This document shows positions 1-12,600 of a stretch of DNA of 64,000 nucleotides, piece by piece. Both the position numbers and the translations under genes were made by a program. The first letter of the stretch is position 1. Each line of letters begins with the position of its first letter. The stretch is from Piromyces finnis finn. Taxonomy: Eukaryota; Fungi; Neocallimastigomycota. The notes beneath the pieces were generated by a model that was given only the letters and a program-made list of their open reading frames with translations, was not told the origin of the DNA and made no database searches. The stretch is taken from positions 62,001 through 126,000 of the forward strand of contig MCFH01000023.1 of NCBI GenBank assembly GCA_002104945.1, in the 5' to 3' direction.

Positions 1-994
1 AACTTTCCTTTCCACTATAGAAAAACTCTTTATATGATTTGAAGAAAGAAGTAGGAACAGTTTTTAATATACTGAGATTGGCAATTGCTTTGTATACTTC
101 TTCATATGTTTCAAATCCATATGGAATTGTAGTTATTGAACCATGCATATAATCAGGATATTCTATGGGTTTACCTACTTGAATATTTTAATTTTTTAAA
201 TGAATAATAATGGTTTCTCCTGGATTATTACCTAGAAATACAATAGCTTCATCAAATACATCTTTTAAATAATATTTCTTTCCTGTATCTCTATTCATAC
301 AATCAAATACAAGGTGCGAAAGATATATTTCCTTATTTTTGTTTGTTTCAATTCTTATATCAAAATATCTGATTCCATTCATCATTTGTCCAAAAATATT
401 TAATTCTTGAGTTCTACCAAGACTTACTCGAGCATTATAAATATTAACACCAGTATCTCCTATTGCATATGTTCCACTATCATAAGTTCCAGGAATGTTA
501 AGTTGATTAATTTGTATATTATCATCCGTAATTTTAGTTATTCATTGAATATCGTTGTCATTAATTTTAAATGTACACCATCCATATTCAGTTAAAGCAC
601 GCTTATCTGTTAAATCAATATCATAATAAGGAACCTTATCTATGGTAAGCATCTTATTGTAAGTTTCACCGCCAATTCCAGTATTTGTAAAATAACACTT
701 ATTTCTATTAATATCAACATAACCTTTAGTCTTACAATCACCAGGATCATCTCTACTTCTTGGACCAAATTTCTTATCAGTATGCTCATTTCTAAGATAG
801 CAATCATATATATCATCAGTAAAAATACCTGTATCACATTGTTTACAAATATACACTTTACTATAATCATCTTCACCAATAAGTAAATAAGCTTTAGTTG
901 TTGTACCATCTAATTCATAATATTGATCTTGATCTTTTACACCCAACACATTTCTAACTAGTGCAATTGCAATAATAGCAGAAAAAAATATCAT
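1..994 (-). pseudogene. Secreted bacterial-type PI-PLC X-domain protein with a Cys-containing N-terminal domain; two in-frame stops; runs off the left edge
   Basis: ORFs 542-994 and 188-385 are in the same frame. Reading through TGA (542-544) gives IQ*ITKITDDNIQINQLNIPGTYDSG...GRTQELNIFGQMMNGIRYFDIRI...ETIIIHLKN*NIQVGKP..., and the frame stays open to position 1. Signal peptide MIFFSAIIAIALV. The catalytic His of IPGTHDSG is Tyr here. Confidence 0.85.
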
Positions 995-1349
995 TTTATG
1001 AGTCTATAATTTCGAATTTAGAAATTATATTATTTATTGGATTAATATTTATAGTTATCTTAAATAACTTTTTTTTATAAATTAAAAACATAAAAAATCA
1101 TTTTATATTTAAATACATATTTAAATAATATCTTATTTAATTATTATAATATATATATATATATAATGTTTATATTTATATATAATGTTTATATATAATA
1201 CTTAATGTTAGTTTATATATAAGAATTAAATTAATAATGAAATTAATATTTCATTATAGTTTGAATTGTTAATAAAATTTATTTTTAAAAAATACTCACT
1301 AAATTTCTTTTACATATTAAATTTATTGAATATATTTAATAGATTTAAT

Positions 1350-2152
1350 TTAAACATTATTAAATTTTTTAGAAGATTTAGCATCTTTATATTTAAAAAA
1401 GCAAGAACAACAACAATAACAAATTCCAAGATTTGCAATAAAAATCAAAAATCCCAAACAATACAAAAAATTATATAAAGAGTGTAAACTACGTAATTCA
1501 CCATTTCCTTCAACTTTATCTTTTCCTTCAACTTCATCAATAGGTCTGTAGCACTCTCCATTACATTCACCTTCTGAACAATCATTATCATTCACACAAG
1601 GATCTCCAATAAATCTTCCCTTACGACCATATCGAAGACGTGTGATAATATTATTTTCATTGAATTTACAAGTATGGTTTACACATTTATTTGTAAAACA
1701 TTGAGCATCTTTATTACATTCAGTTGAAGTATTATTGCTTATAATAGGATCAAGATACCGAACATATGGATGCAAAATATACCTGTTGAATTGAATTTCC
1801 GAAAAATTACATATTCCGCAATCTGTATTGTTGTCGTTTAATCGTAAAGTATTAGTATTAATTGGAATTTCAATAAATGGTAAATAAAAAAATTCATCAG
1901 CTTTAAAACAAAATGAACCTCTGCATATAATATCCTAATTATATGCAGAGGGTTGTATAGGGTTGTATCACAAAATACGCATTCAATAGAATTAGTATTC
2001 ACATTTAAATGATAAATATATTCATAAGGAATATAATCTGATTCAATGGTTAGAATATTATCTAATTCAATGGCTATAATATGAGTATATCCATTTTGAA
2101 AAAACAAAATACAAAATATATATGTAAATACCAAGAAAATAATGTTTTTCAT
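1350..2152 (-). pseudogene. Cys-rich single-pass membrane protein (gut-fungal family), frameshifted near 1930-1945
   Basis: The signal-peptide ORF 1838-2152 switches frame into ICRGSFCFKADEFFYLPFIEIP...YILHPYVR, which is in frame with ORF 1350-1775 (CNKDAQCFTNKCVNHTC; GDPCVNDNDCSEGEC; C-terminal TM helix). Homologous to 43223-43915. Confidence 0.75.
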
Positions 2153-4539
2153 TTTATTTTATAAAAATTATATAAAATAAATCTTGAAACTTAATTAATC
2201 TTATATTAATTAACAGTTTAATTTAACATTTAATAATATAATTATAAATATTTTATTCTATTAATATATCAAAATATTTTTAAAATATTTTTAATTATAA
2301 TTAAGAAGAAATTATATTTTTAAAATTATTTTTTTTAAAATTTATAAAATATTTTAAAACCGATCATATTTCAATAAATTGTTACACTATTATTTATATA
2401 ATAAATAGAATATTCTATAAATCTAAATTAACTGAAATATTAATTATTTAATAATTTTAATATTACATTATCTTATTATAACTTATAATAAAAAAATAAA
2501 ATAAAATATTTAAAATGCTATTTTTTATATTTTATATATTTATAAATAATAATTATTTAGACATTATATAATTTGCATTAATGAAATAATTATTTATATA
2601 TTTATAAAATATGTAATATTTTATTTTATTGAAAGATTTAATTTTATATTTATATAACCTTAATATTTTCTTTTATAGATTTATATATTATCATAATAGA
2701 TAATAGATAATTCATTAAAAATAATATGTACATATAATTACATCATGCTAAATACAATAACAACATTAAATAGAAACTATGATATATATTTAATTAAACT
2801 AAACTTTTATTTTTTAATATTTTATTTTATAATTCAAATGAATGTAAATACATTTAAACATCATTTATTTATTATATAAATAAACTATGTTTAATATAGA
2901 TGTAAATATTATATTATATATTTTATAATAATTTGTAATTACCAAGTTGAACTATTACACTATTAAATAAAAACTTTTAATTTATAAAAAATATTAATAT
3001 TATTTTTAAATAAACTATTTATTTTTAAATCAATATTATCTTTAAATATAATACTTTTTTATATAATTTTATCAAAAAAGTGTTGTTAAAAAATGTTAAC
3101 TATATTATTTTTAACTAGTTAGTATAATATATAATATATTATAATTTAAATATTTACTTATATTTATCATACCTTTATTTATAGTTTTACATAATAATGA
3201 TAAATTAATAAATAAATATCCACAATTATAAAATGATTAGTATACATTATAATTTATATTTTAATAAAATAATTTTTTAATTTTTATTAAATATAAAATT
3301 AATTAATAATTAATGAATATTATTCAATTACTTTTTAAAAAAATGTTCATATTTTTTAGTTGAAAAAAATCTAATAGAATAAAATAATTAATAAAAAAAA
3401 ACTAAAATAATTAGATTTACCAGAGAAACTATAAAAAAAAATTAAAGTAAATAATATTAATATTAATTTTTATTTATATTTATATTTATTCTATTCATAT
3501 CTACATGCCTATTAAGATTTTCAATAAACATTCCTCAATGTAATATTATTTATTAAAAAAAAGGTAGTTAAAAAGTATTACTGAATAATGAAATACTTTA
3601 TTGAAATATAAAATATAAGAATTATAAATTTATTTAAAGAAAAATGTTTTAAAATTCAAAATGATAATTTAAAAAAAAAAAAAAAAAAAAGGATATTTAT
3701 ATAAAATTTATTATAATGAATCTATTTCTTTCTAAAAAAAATAAAAAACATAAGTAAGTAAATAACACATGTTTTATTTACTATTTATGTTTAAATAAAT
3801 AATAAAAAAGAAATAATATAAAATTGACTTAAACATTAATGTAACTTTTAATTTGATAATATTATATAGTTGTAATCGTTTATTATAGTTTATCATTAGC
3901 ATCATATAAATGTAATTTTATAAAAAAAAAAGGTACGCAACAATAATAAATACATGAATATTGATATACATACTTGGAATAAAGGATTTGTAATCCCCTT
4001 TTTTCTCCTTAATAAATTGTCATTTTTATATATTAAAAATGGCAATTTTTTTATAATACCAAAAAAAAAAAAAGTTTTAAATATATATAAACTAAAAGAA
4101 ATCTTTTAAATAGTTTTACTAAAAGCGGTTGAGAAAAATAAAAAATGCTTATGGGTTATAAAAGTGTTCTTATTTGATAATATAAATATTGAATATAATT
4201 TTTATAAAATATTTACTTTTCAATTTAGTATATCAATAGTTTTTAAAAAGAATATATATATAAGAGAATGAGCAGAAATAGAGTTTAGTAACTTTATCCC
4301 ATTTACTTGGAAATCTTTTTAATCTACTTTCTTTGCATGGATATTTATTTATTGATATAAATTTTGAATATAATTTTTTATACTATACAATTTTTACTCT
4401 TCCTATTAAATAAATATAAATGATAAAAATTGTATTTTTAAAACATTTTCTTTCAAGATAAATAAATGGTGATTTTTCAACTTTAATCTTTTATACCTTA
4501 AGAGGTATTCCCTTGTTTAATTTTTAAAAATACTAATTT

Positions 4540-5122
4540 AAAATGCTTTATTACATCGGATGAGACAAAAGTGAAAAGATCCAGTAATAATGATCCATTA
4601 CTAGATCCAACCTTTAATCCATATAAAGGTTATACCTATAGTGTTCACCACACAGATAAAAAATAGGAAAAGGACATTTAGGAGAAAAAATTAGGTTTGA
4701 CACTTCAAAACTCAAATTAATGGAAAATGAAAAAAGACCTTTGTTATGGAATGGCAGTTGGCATATGAGTACTTTTTTCTCAACAATAGATCAATTTTAC
4801 AATAAAGTAAAATCATATTCACATTATAATATATTTACAGGTAATGAAGAGGAAGATAAAAAGAAAATAATTTCAAGAGTTAAAGAACATACATGTATAT
4901 TTGGAAGTCCAAAACAGTATTACGATAATATTCCTTTTTTACCAGAAAATTGTGATGAAGGATATAATTATAATTTTGATTATTATTATTATTGGAAAAA
5001 TAATACAAAAAAAATTAGATAAAGATTTCAGTAAATATATAAATAAATTAGAAAGAGAAATTCCAACACAAGTATGGAAAAATCCAATTTGTTATTCTTA
5101 TATGCTAGATCGTGACAATTAA
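4540..5122 (+). pseudogene. Degraded glycosyltransferase family 17 (GnT-III/MGAT3-like) C-terminal fragment
   Basis: Motif LWNGSWHMSTFFSTIDQFYNKVKSYSH resembles the GT17 consensus GWHxSxxF..I..F..KxKxYSH. Flanking frames are broken by stops and frameshifts (4660-4700, ~5020). Motif recognition only. Confidence 0.5.
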
Positions 5123-5829
5123 TTCAAAAAGAGGACTGGAAAAATACAAGGTTCGATAAAATAAATACCAATATTATCATTAAAACAGTTCCGGATTTAG
5201 TATCAAAAGAATATACAATACAAATGCTTGAGGCGTTATCAAAAATTGATAATTACCTTGCATTGACAATACCGATTTTTATAATCTTTAATATATATTA
5301 GTGAAGCTAAATTTAAAATAAATGATTTATTTTACTTTTTATTTTTTTAATGAAATTATCAAAGAATTTATTTAATATATATATATATATATATTATTCT
5401 TATATTGTCAATAATTATATTATTTTAAATTTATATCAAATATTATCTTTTCTTAAAATTTTATTACCTTTACTGGTTTAAATTATTTTGAATGTTATTG
5501 TTTTAATTAGATTTATTAAATAGAATATTATATTAATTGAATATATATAATTATTTAGAGTTTCCTATGTACAATATTTTAAAAAAAAATATTACATCAC
5601 TTGCAAATATATTTAAACTTAATACTAATTAATAATAAATAAATATTACTTATTTTTACTTTTTCTTTTTAAACATATTTTTAATATTTTTAATTATGGG
5701 TTTTATTATTGGTTTAATGTAACAACATAAAATAAAACTAAATAAATTATAAATATACCACAAAGTAAATATATTAAATTTATAAAACAAATAATAAAAT
5801 CACTTTCAACACACTTTATCTTCTGATAA

Positions 5830-6030
5830 ACAATATAACAATCCATATTCTTTGTCTTTTCCACATATATCACCTATTGTTTTTCCACAATGTATATGCG
5901 AAAATCTATTGCATAAATTTATATATGCATTAGTACAATATTCAGTTGTATTTTCTGCATTAAAAATACAGACTCAATACATTTATAAACATTGTGAATC
6001 AAAAGTACATTTATAAGAAAAGTAAATATT
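5830..6030 (-). pseudogene. Highly degraded fourth copy of the Cys-rich membrane-protein family (not in ORF track)
   Basis: Manual translation across two frameshifts gives YKCTFDSQCL/KCIE/CIFNAENTTEYCTNAYINLCNRFSHIHCGKTIGDICGKDKEY. This matches the spacing of SCNNHSECFSNKCINNFCVYN...CDSIY...MNCGKDYKESCINDDEC in 43223-43915. Confidence 0.7.
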
Positions 6031-6075
6031 TTTCATAATATATTTTTCTGTACTATAACCATAATAATCAAGATA

Positions 6076-7013
6076 ATAATGAAATTCATTACTTACATTA
6101 TGCTTATAAAAATAATTATATAAATATCTTAAAACGTCTAATTACAAGAAATAATGAATCTATAAATATAAGAGATGATAAAGGTAATACTTTATTGCAT
6201 ATTGCATGCCAAAGAGGAGACAAAGACATGGTAAAATGCTTAATTGATAATGGTGCAAATATATTTATTCAAAATAATAATGATGATACACCTGTGGCTT
6301 TGGCAGAAAAGAATGATGATAAAAGTATTGCTAACCTTTTAAATACAGAAAATGAATATATACTCTTTTTATGTGAAGCTATCAAGAAATTAGGTATAAA
6401 AGAAAATAGTGAATCAATCCAAGTTATATCAATGATTCATCCATTTAAAAATACTTCAAATACTAATAAAGAAAAAATTAATATAAATGCCCAAAATAAT
6501 AAAGGATTAACTTTATTACATTATGCTTGGGAGCAAGGAAATGAAAAAATAGTTAAATATTTAATTGAAAAAGGAGCTGATACAAGTATTAAGAGTAATA
6601 ATAGAAGTACATCATTACATTGGGCATGTAAATCAAAAAGTGATAATATTAATCTTGTAAAGTATTTAATTGAAGAAAAAGGGTTAGATATCAAAATTAA
6701 AGATAAGTATGAAAAAATACCATTCCATTATGCCTGTTATAAAGGAAATGAAAATATAGTTAAATATTTAATTAAAAAGGGAGCAAACCCAAGGGCTAAG
6801 AATAGTTATGGAAGAATATCATTACATTTCGCATGTGGAGCAGAAAAAGAAAATATTAATCTTGTTAAGTATTTAATTGAAGTTATAGGATTAGATATCA
6901 ACGCTCAAAATAAGAATAGGTGTACACCGTTAAAATGTGCCTATGAAAAAGGAAATATAAATATAGTTAATTATTTAATTGAAAAAAATGAAAAAGAGAA
7001 ATGGATGGATTAA
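6076..7013 (+). CDS. Ankyrin-repeat protein (5' end incomplete or uncertain)
   Basis: Multiple ankyrin repeats (GNTLLHIACQRGDKDMVKCLIDNGA; GLTLLHYA; STSLHWAC; IPFHYACYKGNENIVKYLIKKGA; TPLKCA). The frame is open upstream of the annotated TTG to about 6076. Confidence 0.85.
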
Positions 7014-7267
7014 GATGAATTTACACTATAATATTTTACACTTTTTGTTTTACTCAAAAATGAAAATAATAAATATTTAACTTTTTTTTTAAAAAAAATA
7101 TATCACTTTATTTTTATAATTTCGTTAATAATATTGTTTTTTATTCAAACCTTTATCCGTATTTCGATTAAATTTTAATAATACTATTTATTACTATAGT
7201 ATTCATGTATTTTTTTTATTATTGATTTACTTTATATTGCAATATTTTTTCTTATAATATTCTTTTA

Positions 7268-7584
7268 ACATAAATATCTTAAAAGCTCTCATTGCTAAAG
7301 ATAATGAATTTATAAATATAAGAGATGATAAAGGTAATACTTTATTACATATTGCATGTCAAAGAGGAGACAAAGACATGGTAAAATATTTAATTGATAA
7401 TGGTGCAAATATATTTATTCAAAATAATAATAATGATACACCCATGACTTTGGCAAAGAAGAATGGTGATAAAAATATTGTTAACCTTTTAAATACAGAA
7501 AATGAATATTCACTCTTTTTTTATGAAGCTATCAAGAAAATGAATATAAGAGATTATTTGCAAAAAAAAAAAAAGAATCATTAA
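7268..7584 (+). pseudogene. Partial duplicate of the 5' part of the ankyrin gene
   Basis: 7268-7540 is near-identical to ~6120-6390 (ataagagatgataaaggtaatactttatt...gaagctatcaagaaa). It then diverges into an A-run and unrelated sequence. Confidence 0.8.
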
Positions 7585-8091
7585 AGAAAGTTACAATTCC
7601 AACTATAACCGAAAATAGTTCAAATGGATATGTTATTAAAGCTTCAGATTATAATGTGAAGGGTTTAGCAGAAGTTATTGTTCCTGTTAATGTGACTATA
7701 CCAATTAAATATTTTAATAAAAATTTATTTTTTATTGGTAATGATGCTGAAAGATATTTTACTAAAGTCTATATTAATAACGATGTTAAAATTAGAAATT
7801 ATTATTATATTTTAATATATTAAAACCAAAAAGATATTGATAAAAAATCAAATTAGAGTATTTGTTTCTATATATGTTTATTCAAATGGTGGTTATATTA
7901 GTAATATTATTCGTTGGATTATGTGGTATCATACCCCATCAAACATTGATCACACTGGATATATTAATATATTATATGATGGTAATGAATTTATTGAAGG
8001 ATTTAAAGTTTATTATAATGGAACTGTTAATAGTTTCTTTGAACAGAATTGTCAATGCATAGAAAAATATTCAACATTAACTGATTTTTAA
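7585..8091 (+). other. Broken coding-like fragments of unknown function
   Basis: Open reading KKVTIPTITENSSNGYVIKASDYNVKGLAEVIVPVNVTIPIKYF... is weakly BspA/LRR_5-like and is followed by the 84-aa ORF 7837-8091. No family recognised with confidence. Confidence 0.3.
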
Positions 8092-8642
8092 ATTAGCCAA
8101 TAAAATGGTAGCATTTTTCTTTTTTTTTTTTTTTTAAAAAAAAAGACACCTGCTTCTTTCATCTTTTTTATTATTTTAATTTTCCAATATCATAAGAGAT
8201 TCAAGGACGGACGTGTTCAATAGTACATTGATTTCCTGCTATTGTAATTTTTTATTTTATTTTATTATTATTTTTATATTTCAAAAGACTATCTCGAATA
8301 ATATAAAATTATAATTAATATTTGAAATTTCATTGAAATTTATATTTTTAAAATTTGATTTTTTTTTTTTAGTATTAAAAACAACATTCTTTTCTTTTCT
8401 TTTTTTTCTTTACATATTTATAATCATCACTAAATATTGTCATTAATATCGTTGTTATTGCTGTTATTGTCTTGAATTTTATAAAAATAAAATTAAACTT
8501 GTCTAAATTGAAATTATTGTGTTAATAGTAAATAATATTTTATAGAATAAATCTGGAGTTATTATTTTGTATAATTATTATTAAATAATAAAACACTATT
8601 GAAATTATAAAATAAATTAAAATAAATAAAATCAGTAGATAT

Positions 8643-9000
8643 TGTTAAAGCTCGTACAATAGCATAGCTGTCGAGATAAAACAATATAAGATAGTATTAT
8701 CAAAATTTCGAGTGGATTTAATATTATAATTAAGTCTACTAGGCTAGGATAGGCTTAACTATATAGTAAAATAGTAAAATAATAAATTTTAAAATAAAAG
8801 AATAATAAATATAGTTTATAAAGAATTATTTTATTTAATTTTTATTATAAAAATAAATGATAATTATTAATTTTTAAATGAAAACAAAGTATTAAGTAAA
8901 CAGCATTAGTATAAATAGACAAGAGAATAATTATTATTAGAAGGGCTTCTTGTTTAGTAGTTAGAAACGACAGAATTAACGTTTTAGAATATAGACAAAA
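8643..9000. mobile_element. Possible solo-LTR or repeat remnant
   Basis: Non-coding island with higher complexity and G+C than its flanks, beginning TGTTAA. I could not define the 3' terminus or a TSD. Confidence 0.25.
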
Positions 9001-9643
9001 TAAAAATATTGAAACGTAATGAATAAAGTTATAAATAAAATATATATTATTTAAAGTTAAATTCTTTCTCCATAAAAATATCCTTTGAATTCTTAAAAGT
9101 ATATTTTTTAATTTAAATTAATTATAGTTTATTTTTTTTTTTCATATTTTAAAATATAAAATATATCTTTTTATTATTTTTTTTTATGTAAAATTATAAA
9201 AAATAAATACAACTTTTTTTTTTTTTTAAAAAAAGGATAATATAATTATAAATTGCTGTTTTAAATAAAAACTAAATGTAATTTTTTATAAAATTATTCA
9301 TTAAGGTTAATGAGAATAATAAAGAAATAAAAATAAAATTTTTTTATTTTTCTCATAATTAAAATCTATTGTAAAAAGATTGTTTACATTAAAAGTATTA
9401 ATGTAAATTTTTTTAGTAAATGAAGTTTGTAAAAGTATTTTTTAGAATTGAATTGTTATATATAAATATTATATATTATTGAATGATTATATTGTGTTTA
9501 ACATAGTTAATAACAATTATATATATATATATATATTTTTTTTTTTTTTGATTTTGAATATATATTTAATGTTAAATGAATGAAATATTATTATTATTTT
9601 TTTTTCTGATTTATGTAAAAGTTCTTATATAAATTTAATCCAT

Positions 9644-12600
9644 CTACCAATGAATAAAGGATATAATCATTGAAATGCCAATAAGGAGAGATATCATGGA
9701 TGGACGAATGTAGCGTGATATGGTACCACTAACATGACATTTTTCTGGTTTTTCCTCATCTTCTTCACACTCTACATAATTTAATTTTTCAACGGAACAA
9801 ATCTTAATTTCTTTGGAGTTTTTATCCATGGTAACATAATTTTGAAGACAAACCATATCAAAAGTGGATTTTTTCTCTTCCACATCATAGGTACAATTAG
9901 TGAAAATACCGGAAACAGAGACTAACGTCTCCTTGTTACGACGAGGGAGGATGGCATTGGAATAGTTATTCTTTTCAATATTGTCCATAGCTTGCTTGAC
10001 GTTAAATGGATATTCTTGAGTCAAAGCAACTGGGAAGTTCATCACAACATTTTCATCAGCAGAACAGGATCTGGATTTGACAGGTTGAAGACTGACATTG
10101 GATTCACAGCGGTAGTAGGCTTCATTAATGTAGTAGTATTGTCCATTGATACAGGTTTGGCGAGTACATTCTGTTTCTTCCAATCCTTCTGAATCATAAA
10201 CACAATAGTATACTTCACCATAATTAGTGAAATAGTAACCCGTATTTTCAATAAGACGGCAGGTTTCTTCATTTTCTTTACTACAATCATACATTTCTTT
10301 ATCTATTGTATAATGGTATCCATAATCAACGGCTTCCTCAATCTTGACGATGTCTTTCTCCTTTGTGAATTTATAAATATTGGTGGTATTGGGGTCCAAA
10401 GAAATTAGGGCATAACCCGAGGCTGATGGTGCTTCCCATTTACCATTCTTGAATCTCATCATGATCTTGGCACGTTCATCGTAGTAATAGACCAATTCTT
10501 TTGGTTGTAGTTCTTTACAATTGGAACGTTCACATCCGTATAAGACAATATCATTATTTATTGCCATTATCTTGGAATAGGTTTCACTCATTTGTACAGT
10601 TGTATTAGTGGATAGAGACACAAGATAATATCCAGAATAATCGACAAGTTGAGCTTGATAAAGACTCATACTATAAAGATGTTTTGATTGACCATAACCA
10701 TAGATATTTGTGTTCCATTCGGAGGATTTATAACATTCACCGGTTTCACGATTCTTGATGTCTGATTTGGCAAGACAAAGTTCTCCCTTGTAGGTAATAC
10801 AGAATTCACGACCGTTCAAATCTGCATTGGGTGTACACTTGTTATTCTTGAAAATACAAATAATATCTTTTTCATAGGCAAAATCATAAATTTCGTTAAG
10901 AACATTGTACATCAAAATACGTTTATTGTAATCTGCGAAATAAGTATTGGCAGTAGGGTTATCCAAGATACTACAACTACTACCGTTACAGCGGTAAAGT
11001 TTGACATTTTCATCATTATAATCATTAATGTCATTTCCGTTCACCATGCTATTCGTCTTGGTATTAATAAAGTAATAACCGGTTTCAAAGAATTCAACGA
11101 CACTACCATCATCTAAAAGATAAATATTTGAACCTACGGTGAAATACATATCATCATAGGAATCATTGACTTCTAAACAATTGGAATTGGTGGTGGTGAT
11201 GACATAGGTAGATGTGACCCCTTGAATAATATTTGGTTTGACAACAATGGTATCAGTAGCAAAGTAAAAAATGGAACGATCATTATTTGTGCAAATGCTA
11301 CCAGCATTAATAGAGGTTGTGGAAGACTTCTGCATAGAATATTCCAATGTAATGTAACATTTATTATTATTAAATTCGCATATTGGAATAGTGGCTAATT
11401 CTTCTGGGGTGAGAGATTCACAATGTCCATTACTGCAACGAATAATACCGTAAACTTCACCAGATTCTCTTGGAGGTAAGTGAACTGTTTTTTCTACGTC
11501 TTCTGTGATAAAGTCGTCATCAGCAGTATTTTGTGGATCGTTTAGTTGATGTTCATCTGTCATAAGATAGTGACTTTCTTCAATTGATTCATCATATGAA
11601 CGTTTAGCATTACCTTCTTTAGCTTTAAGAGCACCACGGAATAAACCATTTTTAATTACTGTAGATTTACATTTGTCACCATTTTTACAACGAATTAAAA
11701 CATTAGAATTGTTAGAAAGGTAGAAACCTTCATTACCCGCTTCAATTTTACAATTTACATTTCCTCCGGCTTCTTCACAATTAATCATACTATCATTTCC
11801 ACCAGTAGCGTCAGCATTATCATAATAATTGGGTGAAGGAGTAATTTCTATACAATTGGAAGGATTGCTACAGTCAATTAAAAGATTGGAGGAATAGGTT
11901 AAATAGTAACCTGTTCTTGATTTTATTGTGGTACAACCTTTCTTTTCCGAACATTCAATAATTGCTTGATTTGCTTTATTGGTACCATTATTAAGGTATT
12001 TCATTGTAGATTTCGCTTTATTAAAGGTACAAGAAGTTTCTGAGGAACAATTAATAACACCAGCACCATCATGACCAAGGAAGAATCCAACCTGTGCTTC
12101 AATCGTTTCACAATGATTTTGTTGACATTGAATAAGTTTTTTAGTATCCGAATCATATCCATTATTTTCGTAATAGGAAGGAACACTAAAACGTCCCGAA
12201 AGACATTTACCATTACTTTCACATTTAATAAGGTATGGATTATTCTTGGTACCAACAGTACGACTAGTATCTACTACATATCCTACAAATTCAGCGTGTT
12301 CTAAACGTTTACGTTTATTACATATGAGGGCTTTTTTATTTTCGGAATCATACATATAGGTATAAGGTACACATTCTGGTCTTATGGTACATAGTCTAGT
12401 GGTATCATCACAATCATAAATTCTAGTGCCGTCTTCATCGGAATCAAGATCTTCGACAAGTTTTCCATTTTTATCAATTATAACGACACCACTTTGGTAG
12501 AATTGATAGATATAGTAATGGGAAACCTTAAAGAGTGTATTAATATTTTTAGTGACACCAGGGAATTTTCCAGAAGGTATGGAGGCATAGACATAGTAAT

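Noticed and set aside
542-544. In-frame TGA at a conserved Trp position of PI-PLC, suggesting TGA=Trp recoding
   Set aside because: The same gene also has an in-frame TAA and a catalytic His-to-Tyr change, the paralog at 47193 has an in-frame TAG, and other genes use TGG for Trp and TGA as a true stop (ankyrin 7013). Ordinary pseudogenisation explains it.
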